The translations under genes and the position numbers were made by a program. Of a stretch of 48,659 bases of DNA, positions 35,377 through 45,181 are shown in pieces. A model generated the notes under the pieces. That model was not told where the DNA came from, ran no database searches, and saw only the letters and a list, made by a program, of their open reading frames with translations. Location of the stretch: positions 1 to 48,659 of the forward strand of contig JAGLIS010000023.1 in NCBI GenBank assembly GCA_023142835.1, in the 5' to 3' direction. Position 1 is the stretch's first letter. The number at the start of each line of letters is the position of its first letter. The stretch comes from Candidatus Pacearchaeota archaeon. GTDB lineage: Archaea > Nanobdellota > Nanobdellia > Pacearchaeales > GW2011-AR1.

Positions 35377-36529
35377 AGATAAAGTAGATTTGTTGAAGAA
35401 GAGTGAAGAAGTTGTTAAGTCTTTACAGTTAAAAAATGGAGGTATACTTGCAACTCCGAAAGATGCGGCTTATCCTTATATTTATACTCGGGATAGTGTT
35501 ATCATTAGTAAGGCTATGAATCGTATAGGGATGGCTGATGCGTCTGAAAAATTTTATTATTTTATGAAGAAGGCTGTTAAAATAGAAAATTACAAAGAGG
35601 TTTTTCAGAGGTATACTTCTTCAGGATTGCCTTCAGTAACAAGAAAGGTGCAAAATGATAATGAAGGATTATTGTTGCATGGGATATATGATACTTATTT
35701 ATATAATAAGAAAGAGACATTTTTAGAGAATATGTGGATGACTGTTGAACAGATTGTTGGGCTTATATTTTCTTATTCAAGGTCGGGATTAGTTAAAACT
35801 AATTCTAGTATTCATGAATTTAAGAAACTGGAAAAGGGATATGATCTTTGGGTTAATTGTGCTTGTTATCGAGGATTAAAAGATGCAGTAAAAATAGCTG
35901 AAATTTTAAATCATAAAAAAGAAAGTAAGGAGTGGGATAAAAAGGCAGAGAAAATAAAAAAGAATATTAAAAAAAGATTGTTCAATAAGAAACTTAAAGT
36001 TTATATTAAAAATAGGAGGTTTCCTGATTCTCCAGATATTTCTCAGTTGGCTCCATTTTATTTTGATGTTGTAGATGATAAGAAAATTTTAAGAAATACT
36101 TTGACTTATTTGCGAAAACATATTTGGGATGGTGAAATCGGAGGGTTTAGGAGATTTAGGAAATTTGAAGTTTGTGATGATTGGCATTGGTATACCGGTG
36201 GTTCTGGGAGCTGGTGTGTCCTTACTGCAATGGTCGCTAGATTTTATAAGAAGTTAAATAACAAGACAGGTTATAATGAATGTGTAAAATGGTTAAGGGA
36301 TGTAGCTTTTTTTTCTGATGGATTTTTACCAGAGCACATTGCGACTAAGGAAGAATATGATGATTGGAAGGTTCATGAAATTGAATTTAATTCTAGAATT
36401 ATAAATGAAATGAATAAGGCTGAAGAATCTGTTAAAAATTTTAAAGGGAAAAAGATGGTTTGTTGGGCGAATCCATTGGGTTGGAGTCATGCTGAATATA
36501 TTTTGTTAAGGAAAGGAGATTTGAAATGA
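35345..36529 (+). CDS. Glycoside hydrolase family 15 (glucoamylase/glucodextranase-like) catalytic domain
   Basis: GGILATPKDAAYPYIYTRDS, WHWYTGGSGSW, NPLGWSHAEYI. Confidence 0.75.
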   Translation: MGGMIMVSNSKDKVDLLKKSEEVVKSLQLKNGGILATPKDAAYPYIYTRDSVIISKAMNRIGMADASEKFYYFMKKAVKIENYKEVFQRYTSSGLPSVTRKVQNDNEGLLLHGIYDTYLYNKKETFLENMWMTVEQIVGLIFSYSRSGLVKTNSSIHEFKKLEKGYDLWVNCACYRGLKDAVKIAEILNHKKESKEWDKKAEKIKKNIKKRLFNKKLKVYIKNRRFPDSPDISQLAPFYFDVVDDKKILRNTLTYLRKHIWDGEIGGFRRFRKFEVCDDWHWYTGGSGSWCVLTAMVARFYKKLNNKTGYNECVKWLRDVAFFSDGFLPEHIATKEEYDDWKVHEIEFNSRIINEMNKAEESVKNFKGKKMVCWANPLGWSHAEYILLRKGDLK

Positions 36530-37155
36530 AACCTCTTGTTGTTGTAAATTTCAAAACGTATAGGCAAGGGAAGGAAGCGATTAATTTAGCTAAGCAGATT
36601 GAAAGAGTTGATGGGAAAATTATCGTCGGTGTGCAGGCAAGTGATGTTTATGAGATTGTTAAGAAAACTAAATTAAAAGTTTATAGTCAGCATGTGGATT
36701 ATTTAGAAAAAGGACGAGCAACGGGATTTATTCTTCCCGAGGCTGTAAGGGGGGATAAGGCTATTGGGAGTTTTTTGAATCATTCGGAGCATAAGTTAGG
36801 GTTTGATGTTTTGAAAAAAACTGTTAAGAGATGTAATGAGGTAGGATTAAAGACTGTGGTTTTTGCTTCATCGTTGAGGGAAGCTTTGAAAATTGAAAAG
36901 TTAAAGCCTGATTATTTGGTAATAGAACCTCCTGAACTTGTTGGGGGAAAGGTTTCTGTTTCTGAATCTAAGCCGGAATTAATAGAGAAGATAAAGAAGA
37001 GTTTGAAAATGGATTTTCTCGTCGGTGCGGGGATTCATTCTTATGAAGATTTGAAGATTGCTATGAAACTTGGAGCGTCGGGTATTGCAGTTAGTTCGGC
37101 TATTTGTAATGTTAAGAATTCTGGGAAGGCGTTGAGGGAGTTGATTGGAAAGTGA
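36526..37155 (+). CDS. tpiA: Triosephosphate isomerase, archaeal type
   Basis: VVNFKTY, LNHSEH, EPPELVGG. Confidence 0.9.
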   Translation: MKPLVVVNFKTYRQGKEAINLAKQIERVDGKIIVGVQASDVYEIVKKTKLKVYSQHVDYLEKGRATGFILPEAVRGDKAIGSFLNHSEHKLGFDVLKKTVKRCNEVGLKTVVFASSLREALKIEKLKPDYLVIEPPELVGGKVSVSESKPELIEKIKKSLKMDFLVGAGIHSYEDLKIAMKLGASGIAVSSAICNVKNSGKALRELIGK

Positions 37156-37577
37156 AGGATAAATTATTGTTAAATATTTTGCATGAGGTGCAAGATAAGG
37201 AAGGTTATCTTTCTGAAAAAAGTTTGAAGAAGATTAGTGTAGAATATAATATTCCGATGTCTAAACTTTATAGCGTCGCTACATTTTATACAATGTTACG
37301 AACTAAGAAACAAGGAAAGTATGTTATAGAATTGTGCGGATCTCCGAGTTGTGTTTTAAATAAAAGTAGGGAGATAGAAAAATTTTTGGAGAGGGAGTTA
37401 AAGATTGAGATTGGTGAGACGAGTAAGGATGATTTGTTTTCGGTTTATAAGACTTCATGTATTGGGTGTTGTGATGAGGCACCTGCGATGTTGGTTAATG
37501 GGGAACCGTATACGAAGTTAACTGTTAAGAGAGTCAAAGAAATTTTAGAGGAATTAAGAAAAAATGCAAATTCTTAG
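37152..37577 (+). CDS. hydC: NuoE/HydC-like [2Fe-2S] thioredoxin-fold subunit
   Basis: ELCGSPSC...CIGCCDEAPAMLVNGE. Confidence 0.8.
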   Translation: MKDKLLLNILHEVQDKEGYLSEKSLKKISVEYNIPMSKLYSVATFYTMLRTKKQGKYVIELCGSPSCVLNKSREIEKFLERELKIEIGETSKDDLFSVYKTSCIGCCDEAPAMLVNGEPYTKLTVKRVKEILEELRKNANS

Positions 37578-38679
37578 AGAGACAAAATTGGAAGGGTTGA
37601 GGTTGGCTAGAAAAGTTGGGCGACAGAAAGTTCTTGAGATTTTGTTGAAGAAAAAATTAGGAGGTCGGGGTGGTGCAAATTTTCCGGTTGCAAAAAAATG
37701 GGAGACAGCACTTGGTGTGAAAGCAGATGAAAGGTATGTGATATGTAATGCAGATGAAGGTGAGCCGGGAACTTTTAAGGATAAATTTATTTTGAAGAAT
37801 AATTTTGAGACGATGATTGAGGGATTGTTAATTGCGGCTTATGTTTTGAGAGCTAAGAGGTGTTTTATTTATCTTCGAGGAGAGTATGATTATTTGAGGG
37901 AAGAACTTGAGGAGAAAATAAAAGAAGTTTTGGAGAAATCTAAAATGAAAGTTTCGATTGAAATTGTTAGAGGTGCTGGGGCGTATATTTGTGGGGAGGA
38001 GACTGCGATTATACAGTCGATAATGGGGAATAGGGGTAGTTCAATGTATAAACCGCCTCATCCTACTATTTCGGGTTTGTGGGGTAAGCCTACTGTTTTG
38101 AATAATGTTGAGACATTGACTTGTGTTCCTCAAGCGTTGGTCTATGAGGATTGGAATCCTGATTATAGGTTGTTTTCTATTTCGGGAGATGTTAATCATC
38201 CAGGAGTTTATGAGTGGGAATTGGGAGTAAAGATGTCTACGATTTTGGATGTTGTCAAACCGAGGGAGAAAATTAAGGCAATGTCTTTTGGTTGTTTTGG
38301 GGGGATTATGCCAGTTAAGAAAAGTTCTTCTGTTTCTCAGGAGACTATCTGTAAGGGTAATTGTCAGCATGGTGCGTTTAGTATTATCTTTATTGGGGAG
38401 AGACATAATATCGTCGATATATGTTTGAGTATCGCAAAATTTTATACTTATGAGTCTTGTGGAAAGTGTACTCCTTGTCGGGAGGGGACGATAAGATTGG
38501 TTAATCTGCTTAAGAAAATAAAAAGTAAAAAGGTAAATGAGGGTGATATAAAATTGTTGAAGGAATTTGCAGAGCATATTCAAGAGACGAGCTTGTGTGG
38601 ATTGGGACAGTCTTGTGGGAATCATATATTGACGAGTCTTAAATATTTTAAGAAAGATTATATGAGGTATATAAAATGA
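37564..38679 (+). CDS. hydB: NuoF/HydB-like flavoprotein subunit (short form)
   Basis: GGRGGANFPVAKKW, CNADEGEPGTFKD, ESCGKCTPCREG, LCGLGQS. Confidence 0.85.
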   Translation: MQILRETKLEGLRLARKVGRQKVLEILLKKKLGGRGGANFPVAKKWETALGVKADERYVICNADEGEPGTFKDKFILKNNFETMIEGLLIAAYVLRAKRCFIYLRGEYDYLREELEEKIKEVLEKSKMKVSIEIVRGAGAYICGEETAIIQSIMGNRGSSMYKPPHPTISGLWGKPTVLNNVETLTCVPQALVYEDWNPDYRLFSISGDVNHPGVYEWELGVKMSTILDVVKPREKIKAMSFGCFGGIMPVKKSSSVSQETICKGNCQHGAFSIIFIGERHNIVDICLSIAKFYTYESCGKCTPCREGTIRLVNLLKKIKSKKVNEGDIKLLKEFAEHIQETSLCGLGQSCGNHILTSLKYFKKDYMRYIK

Positions 38680-40343
38680 GGATAATTCTTGATGGGAAAA
38701 ATTTGGAAGTTGATGGGGAAAAAACAATTTTAGAAATTTGTCAAGGACAAAATATTAAAATTCCTACGTTGTGTTATCATAAGAATTTATTTCCTGAGGC
38801 AAGATGTAGATTATGTTTGGTTGACCTTGATGGGAAATTGGTGACTGCTTGTTCTACTAAGGCAAAAGAGAATTCTAAAATTGTAACCTCTTCTGAAAAG
38901 GTTTTAATGGCTCGACGGAGAAATATGGAATTGATGAATCCTGGTGTTGATATTGGTAAGTTGTCGGATGATTTTGAGGCGAGGGAAATTTATGAGCAGG
39001 TTGGTTTGGATAATGAGAGATTTAAGCCGATAAAAAATTATCTTCCGGAACTTGGAGCTGCACTTGTCAGGGATAATAATAAATGTGTTAATTGTGGACG
39101 GTGTGTTCAGGTTTGTGAAAAGATACAGGCTATTTCGGCGGTTGATTTTGCGAGTCGGGCTCATAATGAACATGTGACTCCATATTTTGAAAAGCATTTG
39201 TCGGATATTGCGTGTATAAAATGTGGGCAGTGTTTGATTAATTGTCCTGTTGGGGCTATTTCTGAGAGGTCGCATTTGAAGGAAGTTGTTGAGGCGTTGA
39301 ATAATCCTAAGAAGCATGTTGTTGCACAGACGGCACCGTCGATAAGAGCGGCGTTGGGGGAGCTTTTTGGTATGGAGGCTGGGACATTGGTAACGGGGAA
39401 GATGGTTACGGCTTTGAGGGGGTGCGGTTTTGATAAAGTTTTTGATGTTGATTTGGGTGCGGATATGACTATAATGGAAGAGTCTGCAGAGTTGTTGAAG
39501 AGGATTGAGAAGGGAGGACCTTTTCCCATGATTACGACTTGTTGCCCGAGTTGGATTTTGATGATGGAACATTTTTATCCCGAGTTGATTCCTAATATGT
39601 CGACGTGCAAGAGTCCTCATGAGATGTTGGGGATGCTTATTAAAACGTATTATGCCGAGAAGGCAAATATAAATCCTAAAGATATTGTCGTTGTAAGTAT
39701 TATGCCTTGTGTCGCGAAGAAGTTTGAGTCTACTCGTCCCGAATTGAATACTGAGGTAGATTATGTTCTTACGACGAGAGAGTTGGGGAGGTTGATTAAG
39801 CAAAGGAAAATTGATTTTGTTAAACTTGAAGATGAGGATTTTGACCCGACTCTTGGGATTGCGAGTGGGGCTGGGGATATTTTTGGAAATGCTGGAGGGG
39901 TGATGGAGGCGGCTTTGAGGACTAGTTATGAGATTGCTACTGGGAAGAAACTTAAGAAAGTTGAGTTCGATAATCTTCGGAATTTTAAAGGGATAAAAAC
40001 TGGTTCGATTAAATTGAATAATAATGTAATAAAATATGCTTGTGCAAGTGGTGGGGCGAACATTAGAGAGTTGTTGAAGAATAAGGATAAGTATCAATTT
40101 TTAGAGATGATGGCTTGTCCTGGAGGATGTATTGGAGGGGGGGGACAGCCAATTTATTTTGATGATAAGGTTTTGGAATTGAGAAGTAAGGCGTTGTATG
40201 AGCAGGATTCAAAAAGGGAATTTAGGAGGTCTCACGAGAATCCGATTGTTAAGGAAATTTATAAGAAGTATTTGGGGAAACCGTTGAGTAAGAAAGCGGA
40301 GAAGTTGTTGCATACGAGGTATCGGGAGAGGGATGGGTTTTGA
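38676..40343 (+). CDS. hydA: [FeFe]-hydrogenase catalytic subunit
   Basis: H-cluster motifs TTCCPSW, MPCVAKKFE, MACPGGCIGGGGQP. N-terminal [2Fe-2S] plus two CxxCxxCxxxCP ferredoxin motifs. Confidence 0.9.
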   Translation: MRIILDGKNLEVDGEKTILEICQGQNIKIPTLCYHKNLFPEARCRLCLVDLDGKLVTACSTKAKENSKIVTSSEKVLMARRRNMELMNPGVDIGKLSDDFEAREIYEQVGLDNERFKPIKNYLPELGAALVRDNNKCVNCGRCVQVCEKIQAISAVDFASRAHNEHVTPYFEKHLSDIACIKCGQCLINCPVGAISERSHLKEVVEALNNPKKHVVAQTAPSIRAALGELFGMEAGTLVTGKMVTALRGCGFDKVFDVDLGADMTIMEESAELLKRIEKGGPFPMITTCCPSWILMMEHFYPELIPNMSTCKSPHEMLGMLIKTYYAEKANINPKDIVVVSIMPCVAKKFESTRPELNTEVDYVLTTRELGRLIKQRKIDFVKLEDEDFDPTLGIASGAGDIFGNAGGVMEAALRTSYEIATGKKLKKVEFDNLRNFKGIKTGSIKLNNNVIKYACASGGANIRELLKNKDKYQFLEMMACPGGCIGGGGQPIYFDDKVLELRSKALYEQDSKREFRRSHENPIVKEIYKKYLGKPLSKKAEKLLHTRYRERDGF

Positions 40344-40349
40344 GTTGGT

Positions 40350-40370
40350 GGTAGATAGATTTAAGATGTT
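40350..40370 (+). promoter_or_regulatory. GGTAGATAGATTTAAGATGTT, variant of the GGTAGATTTAAAAGTT motif
   Basis: Lies 7 nt after the hydA stop and ~20-25 nt upstream of the ATG at 40389, consistent with a near-leaderless promoter. Confidence 0.3.
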
Positions 40371-40388
40371 CTTTTTCTTTTTAAAAAT

Positions 40389-40856
40389 ATGAAATGGGGA
40401 ATTCCTCCGCTAATTAAAGTTTATGAAGCTTTAGGTAGTATCGCCGATAAGAGGATAGAAATTGATGGATTAAAAGCCAAAGTTTATTCTTCGAGTAAGG
40501 GGAAATTTTATAATGTAAGGTACGAATCTGAAACTAATTCTATTATGGTAAATGACAATGGCTCGTATTATAAAGGATATTTGGGATATCCTGCAATTGC
40601 GTATTTGATGAAAATTGGAGAGCTTGAGTTTTCTGAAGAATATGCTGATGCTTTAGCGGGAATTGAGTGGAAGGATATCAATGTCAGGTTTAAGAATGAT
40701 TTTTCTAAAACACAAAAGTATGTGGACGAGATAGTTGAAAGTAAGGGTTTGAATTTAGGTCATTTCTATGATTATTTGGAAAGAGTTTTAGAGCAGATTA
40801 AATCAAAGGATTTGAATTTGTTGGGAAAGAAAGAAGGTCCGCCTAAGGGATACTGA
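40389..40856 (+). CDS. Hypothetical protein (155 aa)
   Basis: Long ORF. No family recognised. Confidence 0.5.
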   Translation: MKWGIPPLIKVYEALGSIADKRIEIDGLKAKVYSSSKGKFYNVRYESETNSIMVNDNGSYYKGYLGYPAIAYLMKIGELEFSEEYADALAGIEWKDINVRFKNDFSKTQKYVDEIVESKGLNLGHFYDYLERVLEQIKSKDLNLLGKKEGPPKGY

Positions 40857-40909
40857 TTTCTACAATTCTAGATAAATAGTTTTTTAAACATCCTAAGCCT
40901 TTCGTTTCC

Positions 40910-41740
40910 ATGAAAGTTTCTAAGGGTGGTAAGATTATTGCTATTGATTTGGGGGGGACGAATATAAGAGTTGCTCTTATTAAAAACAAAAAAATTCTAA
41001 AATATCATAAGGAAAAAACTCCAAAAACTTTGAAGGATATTAATACTAAAATTTTTGAGTTTGTTGAGAGTTATATATCTGATGATGTGAAAGGTATTGC
41101 TGTTGCGGTTCCGGGTTTGTTTAAGGAGGGGGTGATAAAAACTTTACCGAATTTACCTATAAGGAATTATAATTTGGGAGGAGTATTAAAAAATAAGTTC
41201 AAAGTTCCAGTTGTTATTAGGAATGATGCGGATTGTGTTGCTCTTGCTGAATTGGAACTTGGATGTAAGAAGAAGAATTTTATTATTTTGACTCTGGGGA
41301 CTGGGATAGGTGGAGGGATTATTATTGATGGCAAACTTTATCATGGGGAAGGATATGGAGGAGAGCTTGGGCATATTGTTTTGGATGGTGGTAAGGATTT
41401 TGAAAGTTTGGCGGCGTCGAAGAGATTGCGAAGTGTGACGACTAAGGTATTTGGAGAGTCGAAATTGTTTAATGAATTAATAAAAATGAAAGATGTAAGA
41501 GCTAAGAAAATATTAGAAGAGTTTACGAAATATTATGGACAGGGGATTGCGTCGCTTGTTAATTGTTTTGATCCGGAGGTTGTTATTTTAGCTGGAGGTG
41601 TTAGTGAATGTGGAAATGAGTTTTTGAAAATGGTGAGGAAACATTCAGCTAAGTATTTTCATTTTCCAAAGAAGACTCCAATTTTATGGAGTAAGTTAAA
41701 ACATCCCGGAGTTTTGGGGGCGAGTTTGTATTTTGAGTAG
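40910..41740 (+). CDS. ROK-family sugar kinase (glucokinase-like)
   Basis: IAIDLGGTNIRVA, NDADCVALAE, GTGIGGGII, GGELGH. No Cys-rich Zn motif. Confidence 0.8.
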   Translation: MKVSKGGKIIAIDLGGTNIRVALIKNKKILKYHKEKTPKTLKDINTKIFEFVESYISDDVKGIAVAVPGLFKEGVIKTLPNLPIRNYNLGGVLKNKFKVPVVIRNDADCVALAELELGCKKKNFIILTLGTGIGGGIIIDGKLYHGEGYGGELGHIVLDGGKDFESLAASKRLRSVTTKVFGESKLFNELIKMKDVRAKKILEEFTKYYGQGIASLVNCFDPEVVILAGGVSECGNEFLKMVRKHSAKYFHFPKKTPILWSKLKHPGVLGASLYFE

Positions 41741-41776
41741 GAGCTATGTGATATATGTCTGTGGATTGTATACTAA

Positions 41777-42358
41777 TTACTTACACAATCCTCTATCATT
41801 GGGAACCCTTGTACCCTCAAAAAAAATTAACTTTGCCCACCCAACAAAAGGAACCTTAAACAATGCTTTTCCAACAAGTCTATCTTCTTCAATAATTTTT
41901 TCAGAACTTAACTGTCTAGAGTTAGTTTTATAATTATCTCCTTTCGTAGAATAAGTATCTCCAATCTTGATAACTCGATGAATCAAAGGATTTGCACTAC
42001 CTCCATTAAAAATAATTACATCTCCTATCTCGATGTTCTTAGCCTCAACGACGAAAATCATATCTCCTTTGTTAATCCCGTTTTTAAAATCCCAACCAAC
42101 TGTATCCTCTAATGTTATTCCATAATCTTCATAGACCTGACTTTCAAATGTATTCTCGAATCCTGCGTCGTGATGATACATAGAACAGCTTTCAACAATT
42201 ACTAATGGCAAACTCGTTCCAGTTACGAAAGAAAGTCCTGAGAAAAAAACAAATTTTATAATGATAAACGCCAACAACAATGTAACAGCGAAAGAAATCC
42301 AACTGTCTTCATGTAAAAAGTCCCAAAATTTTTTCCAATATTTCTTTAGATTCTTCAT
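41777..42358 (-). CDS. Signal peptidase I, archaeal/eukaryal (S26B) type
   Basis: VESCSM (Ser nucleophile), GDMIFV, IHRVI, TKGDNY. ATG at 42358 preferred to TTG at 42373. Confidence 0.8.
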   Translation of the reverse strand: MKNLKKYWKKFWDFLHEDSWISFAVTLLLAFIIIKFVFFSGLSFVTGTSLPLVIVESCSMYHHDAGFENTFESQVYEDYGITLEDTVGWDFKNGINKGDMIFVVEAKNIEIGDVIIFNGGSANPLIHRVIKIGDTYSTKGDNYKTNSRQLSSEKIIEEDRLVGKALFKVPFVGWAKLIFFEGTRVPNDRGLCK

Positions 42359-42593
42359 CAAAGGTAAAAACAAATTTGCTTTATAATTATATCTTTTTCA
42401 TAACTCTTGTTAAGTCGTGCGAGCGGAATGAAATGGGTGAGAGCCTGCAAGGCGGTACTGAGCCGAAGGAGTTTTCTTTTGCTATTAAAAAATTTAAATC
42501 TTTTATTTTAAAGGCGGGATGGAAATGCGTGCTTTCGTTTTTTTCTAAAAAAGAAGATAAATTTATTAACGAATTTCATTAAACTATATTAAG

Positions 42594-43454
42594 ATGATTG
42601 AAAAACGAAAAGGATTGATATTTGCAGTATTATCTTCAATTCTATTAAGTCTTTCTTACATATTCTTTACAATTTTGTTAAAAACCGAATCTATTTCTAA
42701 AGTCTTGTTTTATTGGTTTTTGATTGCGTTTATTATTTCTCTAATTTTTAGTTTAAAAGAAAACTTTAAAATTTTAAATGAAATTAAAAACAAAAAATTT
42801 CCTTTGATTATTCTTGGATTAGCTGAGGGATTAGCTTCAATTTTGTTTTTGACAGGATTAAAGAGTGTCGGACCAGTTTTGACTTCATTTATAACTCAGT
42901 TCACATTTATCTTTGTATTAATATATTCCATTATATTATTAAAGGAAAAATTCAATCTTCTTGAATTTCTGGGAATAATCTTTGCAATCGTAGGAGTTTT
43001 TATAATTAATTGGAACCAAGGAATTTCTGTTGTAAAAGGAAGTTTTTTAGTTTTATTGGCTTCTTTTCTCTTTGCCACTTCTTCTTTTGTGGCTAAAAAA
43101 TATATCAAAAATATATCTCCAAAAACAATTAACCTAGTTAGATTATTTTTTATTTCTCTTTTTGGATTAGTATATTCATTTATTCAAAAAACTAATTTAA
43201 CATTTGATGCGAACAGCATCCCCATAGTGATATTTGGGTCTTTCTTTTGTGCATTTTTAGGTTTTGAATTATTCTACAACTCCTTAAAATATTTGAAATT
43301 AGGAACTTCCAACACAATAAGGGCCTTATCCCCAATCTTTACAATATTTCTTGCATTTTTTATTTTTTCAGAGATTCCTAATTTCGTTCAGATTATAGGA
43401 AGTTTTTTAATATTGATTGGAATTTTATTATTAATAAAATGGCAGAAAAAATAA
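42594..43454 (+). CDS. EamA/DMT-family transporter
   Basis: Ten hydrophobic segments arranged as a two-EamA repeat. Confidence 0.8.
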   Translation: MIEKRKGLIFAVLSSILLSLSYIFFTILLKTESISKVLFYWFLIAFIISLIFSLKENFKILNEIKNKKFPLIILGLAEGLASILFLTGLKSVGPVLTSFITQFTFIFVLIYSIILLKEKFNLLEFLGIIFAIVGVFIINWNQGISVVKGSFLVLLASFLFATSSFVAKKYIKNISPKTINLVRLFFISLFGLVYSFIQKTNLTFDANSIPIVIFGSFFCAFLGFELFYNSLKYLKLGTSNTIRALSPIFTIFLAFFIFSEIPNFVQIIGSFLILIGILLLIKWQKK

Positions 43455-44044
43455 AAACGATACTTTTTGATTTGGGGGGTGTTTATCTTAATAGGGGTAT
43501 TTGGATATTCAGAGAAGATTATCTTGTTAAAAATTTCAATGTTACAAATCAGCAAGTAATAGATGTAATGATCAAAAAATACTATAAACCATATTTTTCT
43601 GGGAAGATGTCTGAAGAAGAATTTTGGGAAAAAAGCTTAGAAGATTTAAATATTAAAGCAGATTGGAAAGATTTAAGAAAAAAATTATTAGATTCTTTTG
43701 AACCCCAAAAGGGAATGCCCGAACTTATTCGGAATTTAAGAAAATCTTATCGGGTTGGACTTTTGTCTGACCAAACAAAAGAATGGTGGCCATACTTAGA
43801 TAAAAAATACCAAATTTCAAATGATTTTGATTTCACAATAATTTCTTATAAAACTGGTTTCCATAAACCTCAATCTGAAATTTATGATATAGCTATAAAA
43901 GAATCAGGATGTAAACCTGATGGAATTTTATTCATAGATGATTTAGAACACAATTTAGAGCCTGCAAATAGTTTAGGAATGAAGACACTCTTGTTTGAAA
44001 ATCCGACTCAAATAAAAGAAGATTTGAAAAGAAAAGAAATATAA
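43439..44044 (+). CDS. HAD-superfamily hydrolase (subfamily IA-like)
   Basis: ILFDLGGVYL, LLSDQT, LFIDDLEHNL. Confidence 0.8.
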   Translation: MAEKIKTILFDLGGVYLNRGIWIFREDYLVKNFNVTNQQVIDVMIKKYYKPYFSGKMSEEEFWEKSLEDLNIKADWKDLRKKLLDSFEPQKGMPELIRNLRKSYRVGLLSDQTKEWWPYLDKKYQISNDFDFTIISYKTGFHKPQSEIYDIAIKESGCKPDGILFIDDLEHNLEPANSLGMKTLLFENPTQIKEDLKRKEI

Positions 44045-44084
44045 ATCAGAAAAATTTGGTGAAGCCTAGACTATGTGTCTGAAG

Positions 44085-44168
44085 GACTAGCACGTTTTTG
44101 TTTGGAGTAGGAATATATATTGGAAATTTAAACTTTTAGTAGAAGAAAAAAGCCGAAGGCTTAGTTAA
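44085..44168. repeat. 84-nt direct repeat, copy 1 (flanks the methyltransferase gene)
   Basis: GACTAGCACGTTT..ATATATATTGGAAATTTAAA..AGAAGAAAAAAGCCGAAGGCTTAGTT versus 45359-45442. Confidence 0.75.
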
Positions 44169-44233
44169 ATTTTCACGTTAATAAATTTCTCCGCAGGAGA
44201 CTATATATCTGAAGGACGAGGGGGATTTTTCGT

Positions 44234-45181
44234 TTAAACACCATATCTTGTTGGTTGAACCATTGAAAGAAGATATCCTCTATCCTCTGTGGTGGTAAGA
44301 AGTTCAGTTCTAAAGCCCACATCAGATAATAATTTTGTAATAGTCCATTCTGTAAACTTTACTGATCTTGATAGCAATATCTGTTCGTCTTTTTCCAATG
44401 TGAAATTTTCAGAACCGATTTTTACATTTGAATTCTTTTTCAAGATTACTTTAACTTCCACTTGATTCAATTTATCATTCCAAGAAACATCATATTCAGT
44501 ATCATTTCTTTTTATTCCAACGTTGTCTGGGATAAAATAAAGGAAATTCTCAGGGAGTTTTCCTTTGTAGTGTGGAAGAATTTTGTTTATTTTTGAAAAA
44601 TTTGTTAATTCAACCCCTAGGATAAAAAAGTCTTCCGAAGACATAGAATCTCTAAAGTTTGTTAAAACTCTTTGTCTGTCAGAATGGTTTCCTAATGTGC
44701 TTCCAAGAAACAATAATAAGTTTGAATAACCGTCTTCTTTTAATTCAAACATAATGTCTGAAAAATTTCCCATTTCGAAATCTAATTCAATTGGTTTAAT
44801 TTGAATATTTTTGTATTTATTTTTAACAAATTTTTCTGCCATACTTAACATATTTGAGCTTATGTCTATTGGGACATATCTTAATTGAATGTTTTGTTCG
44901 GTTAGAATATCTAAAATTGGAACTACTGGTTCTCCATTCCCACAACCAACATCAATAATGTTAAGTTTTTTGCAATTTGGAAAACTAGAAATAAAATTAT
45001 TTATCTTCTTTCTTAATAATTCAGCTTCAACAGAATTAATTCCATTAATTTTATCACTTCTTTGTTTTACTATTGCATCCCAATTTTTTGCCCCTTCATC
45101 TAAATAGGCAAATTTAAGAGGAATTTCACCTCTTCCCTTAATGGATGCAATAAGTTCGTATTGTTGTTTTTTGGTAAGCAT
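44234..45181 (-). CDS. SAM-dependent methyltransferase (EgtD/Methyltransf_33-like)
   Basis: IPLKFAYLDEGAKNWD..., IIDVGCGNGE motif I. Confidence 0.65.
   Translation of the reverse strand: MLTKKQQYELIASIKGRGEIPLKFAYLDEGAKNWDAIVKQRSDKINGINSVEAELLRKKINNFISSFPNCKKLNIIDVGCGNGEPVVPILDILTEQNIQLRYVPIDISSNMLSMAEKFVKNKYKNIQIKPIELDFEMGNFSDIMFELKEDGYSNLLLFLGSTLGNHSDRQRVLTNFRDSMSSEDFFILGVELTNFSKINKILPHYKGKLPENFLYFIPDNVGIKRNDTEYDVSWNDKLNQVEVKVILKKNSNVKIGSENFTLEKDEQILLSRSVKFTEWTITKLLSDVGFRTELLTTTEDRGYLLSMVQPTRYGV

Noticed and set aside
38041-40097. Long minus-strand ORFs (228 aa and 397 aa) opposite hydB/hydA. Similar antisense ORFs occur at 2392-2922, 4254-4795, 7787-8116, 10495-10752, 34389-34718 and 46964-47206.
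   Set aside because: They lie fully inside strongly supported genes on the other strand. Their low-complexity Ile/Asn/Leu/Arg-rich translations are typical of shadow frames in AT-rich DNA.
42415-42475. GC-richer patch upstream of the EamA gene as a known ncRNA (SRP RNA, RNase P RNA or a tRNA fragment).
   Set aside because: No conserved motifs of those RNAs were recognised. The ORF-track 68-aa ORF here has no support. Similarity to the stub region at 12591-12615 suggests a gene relic instead.
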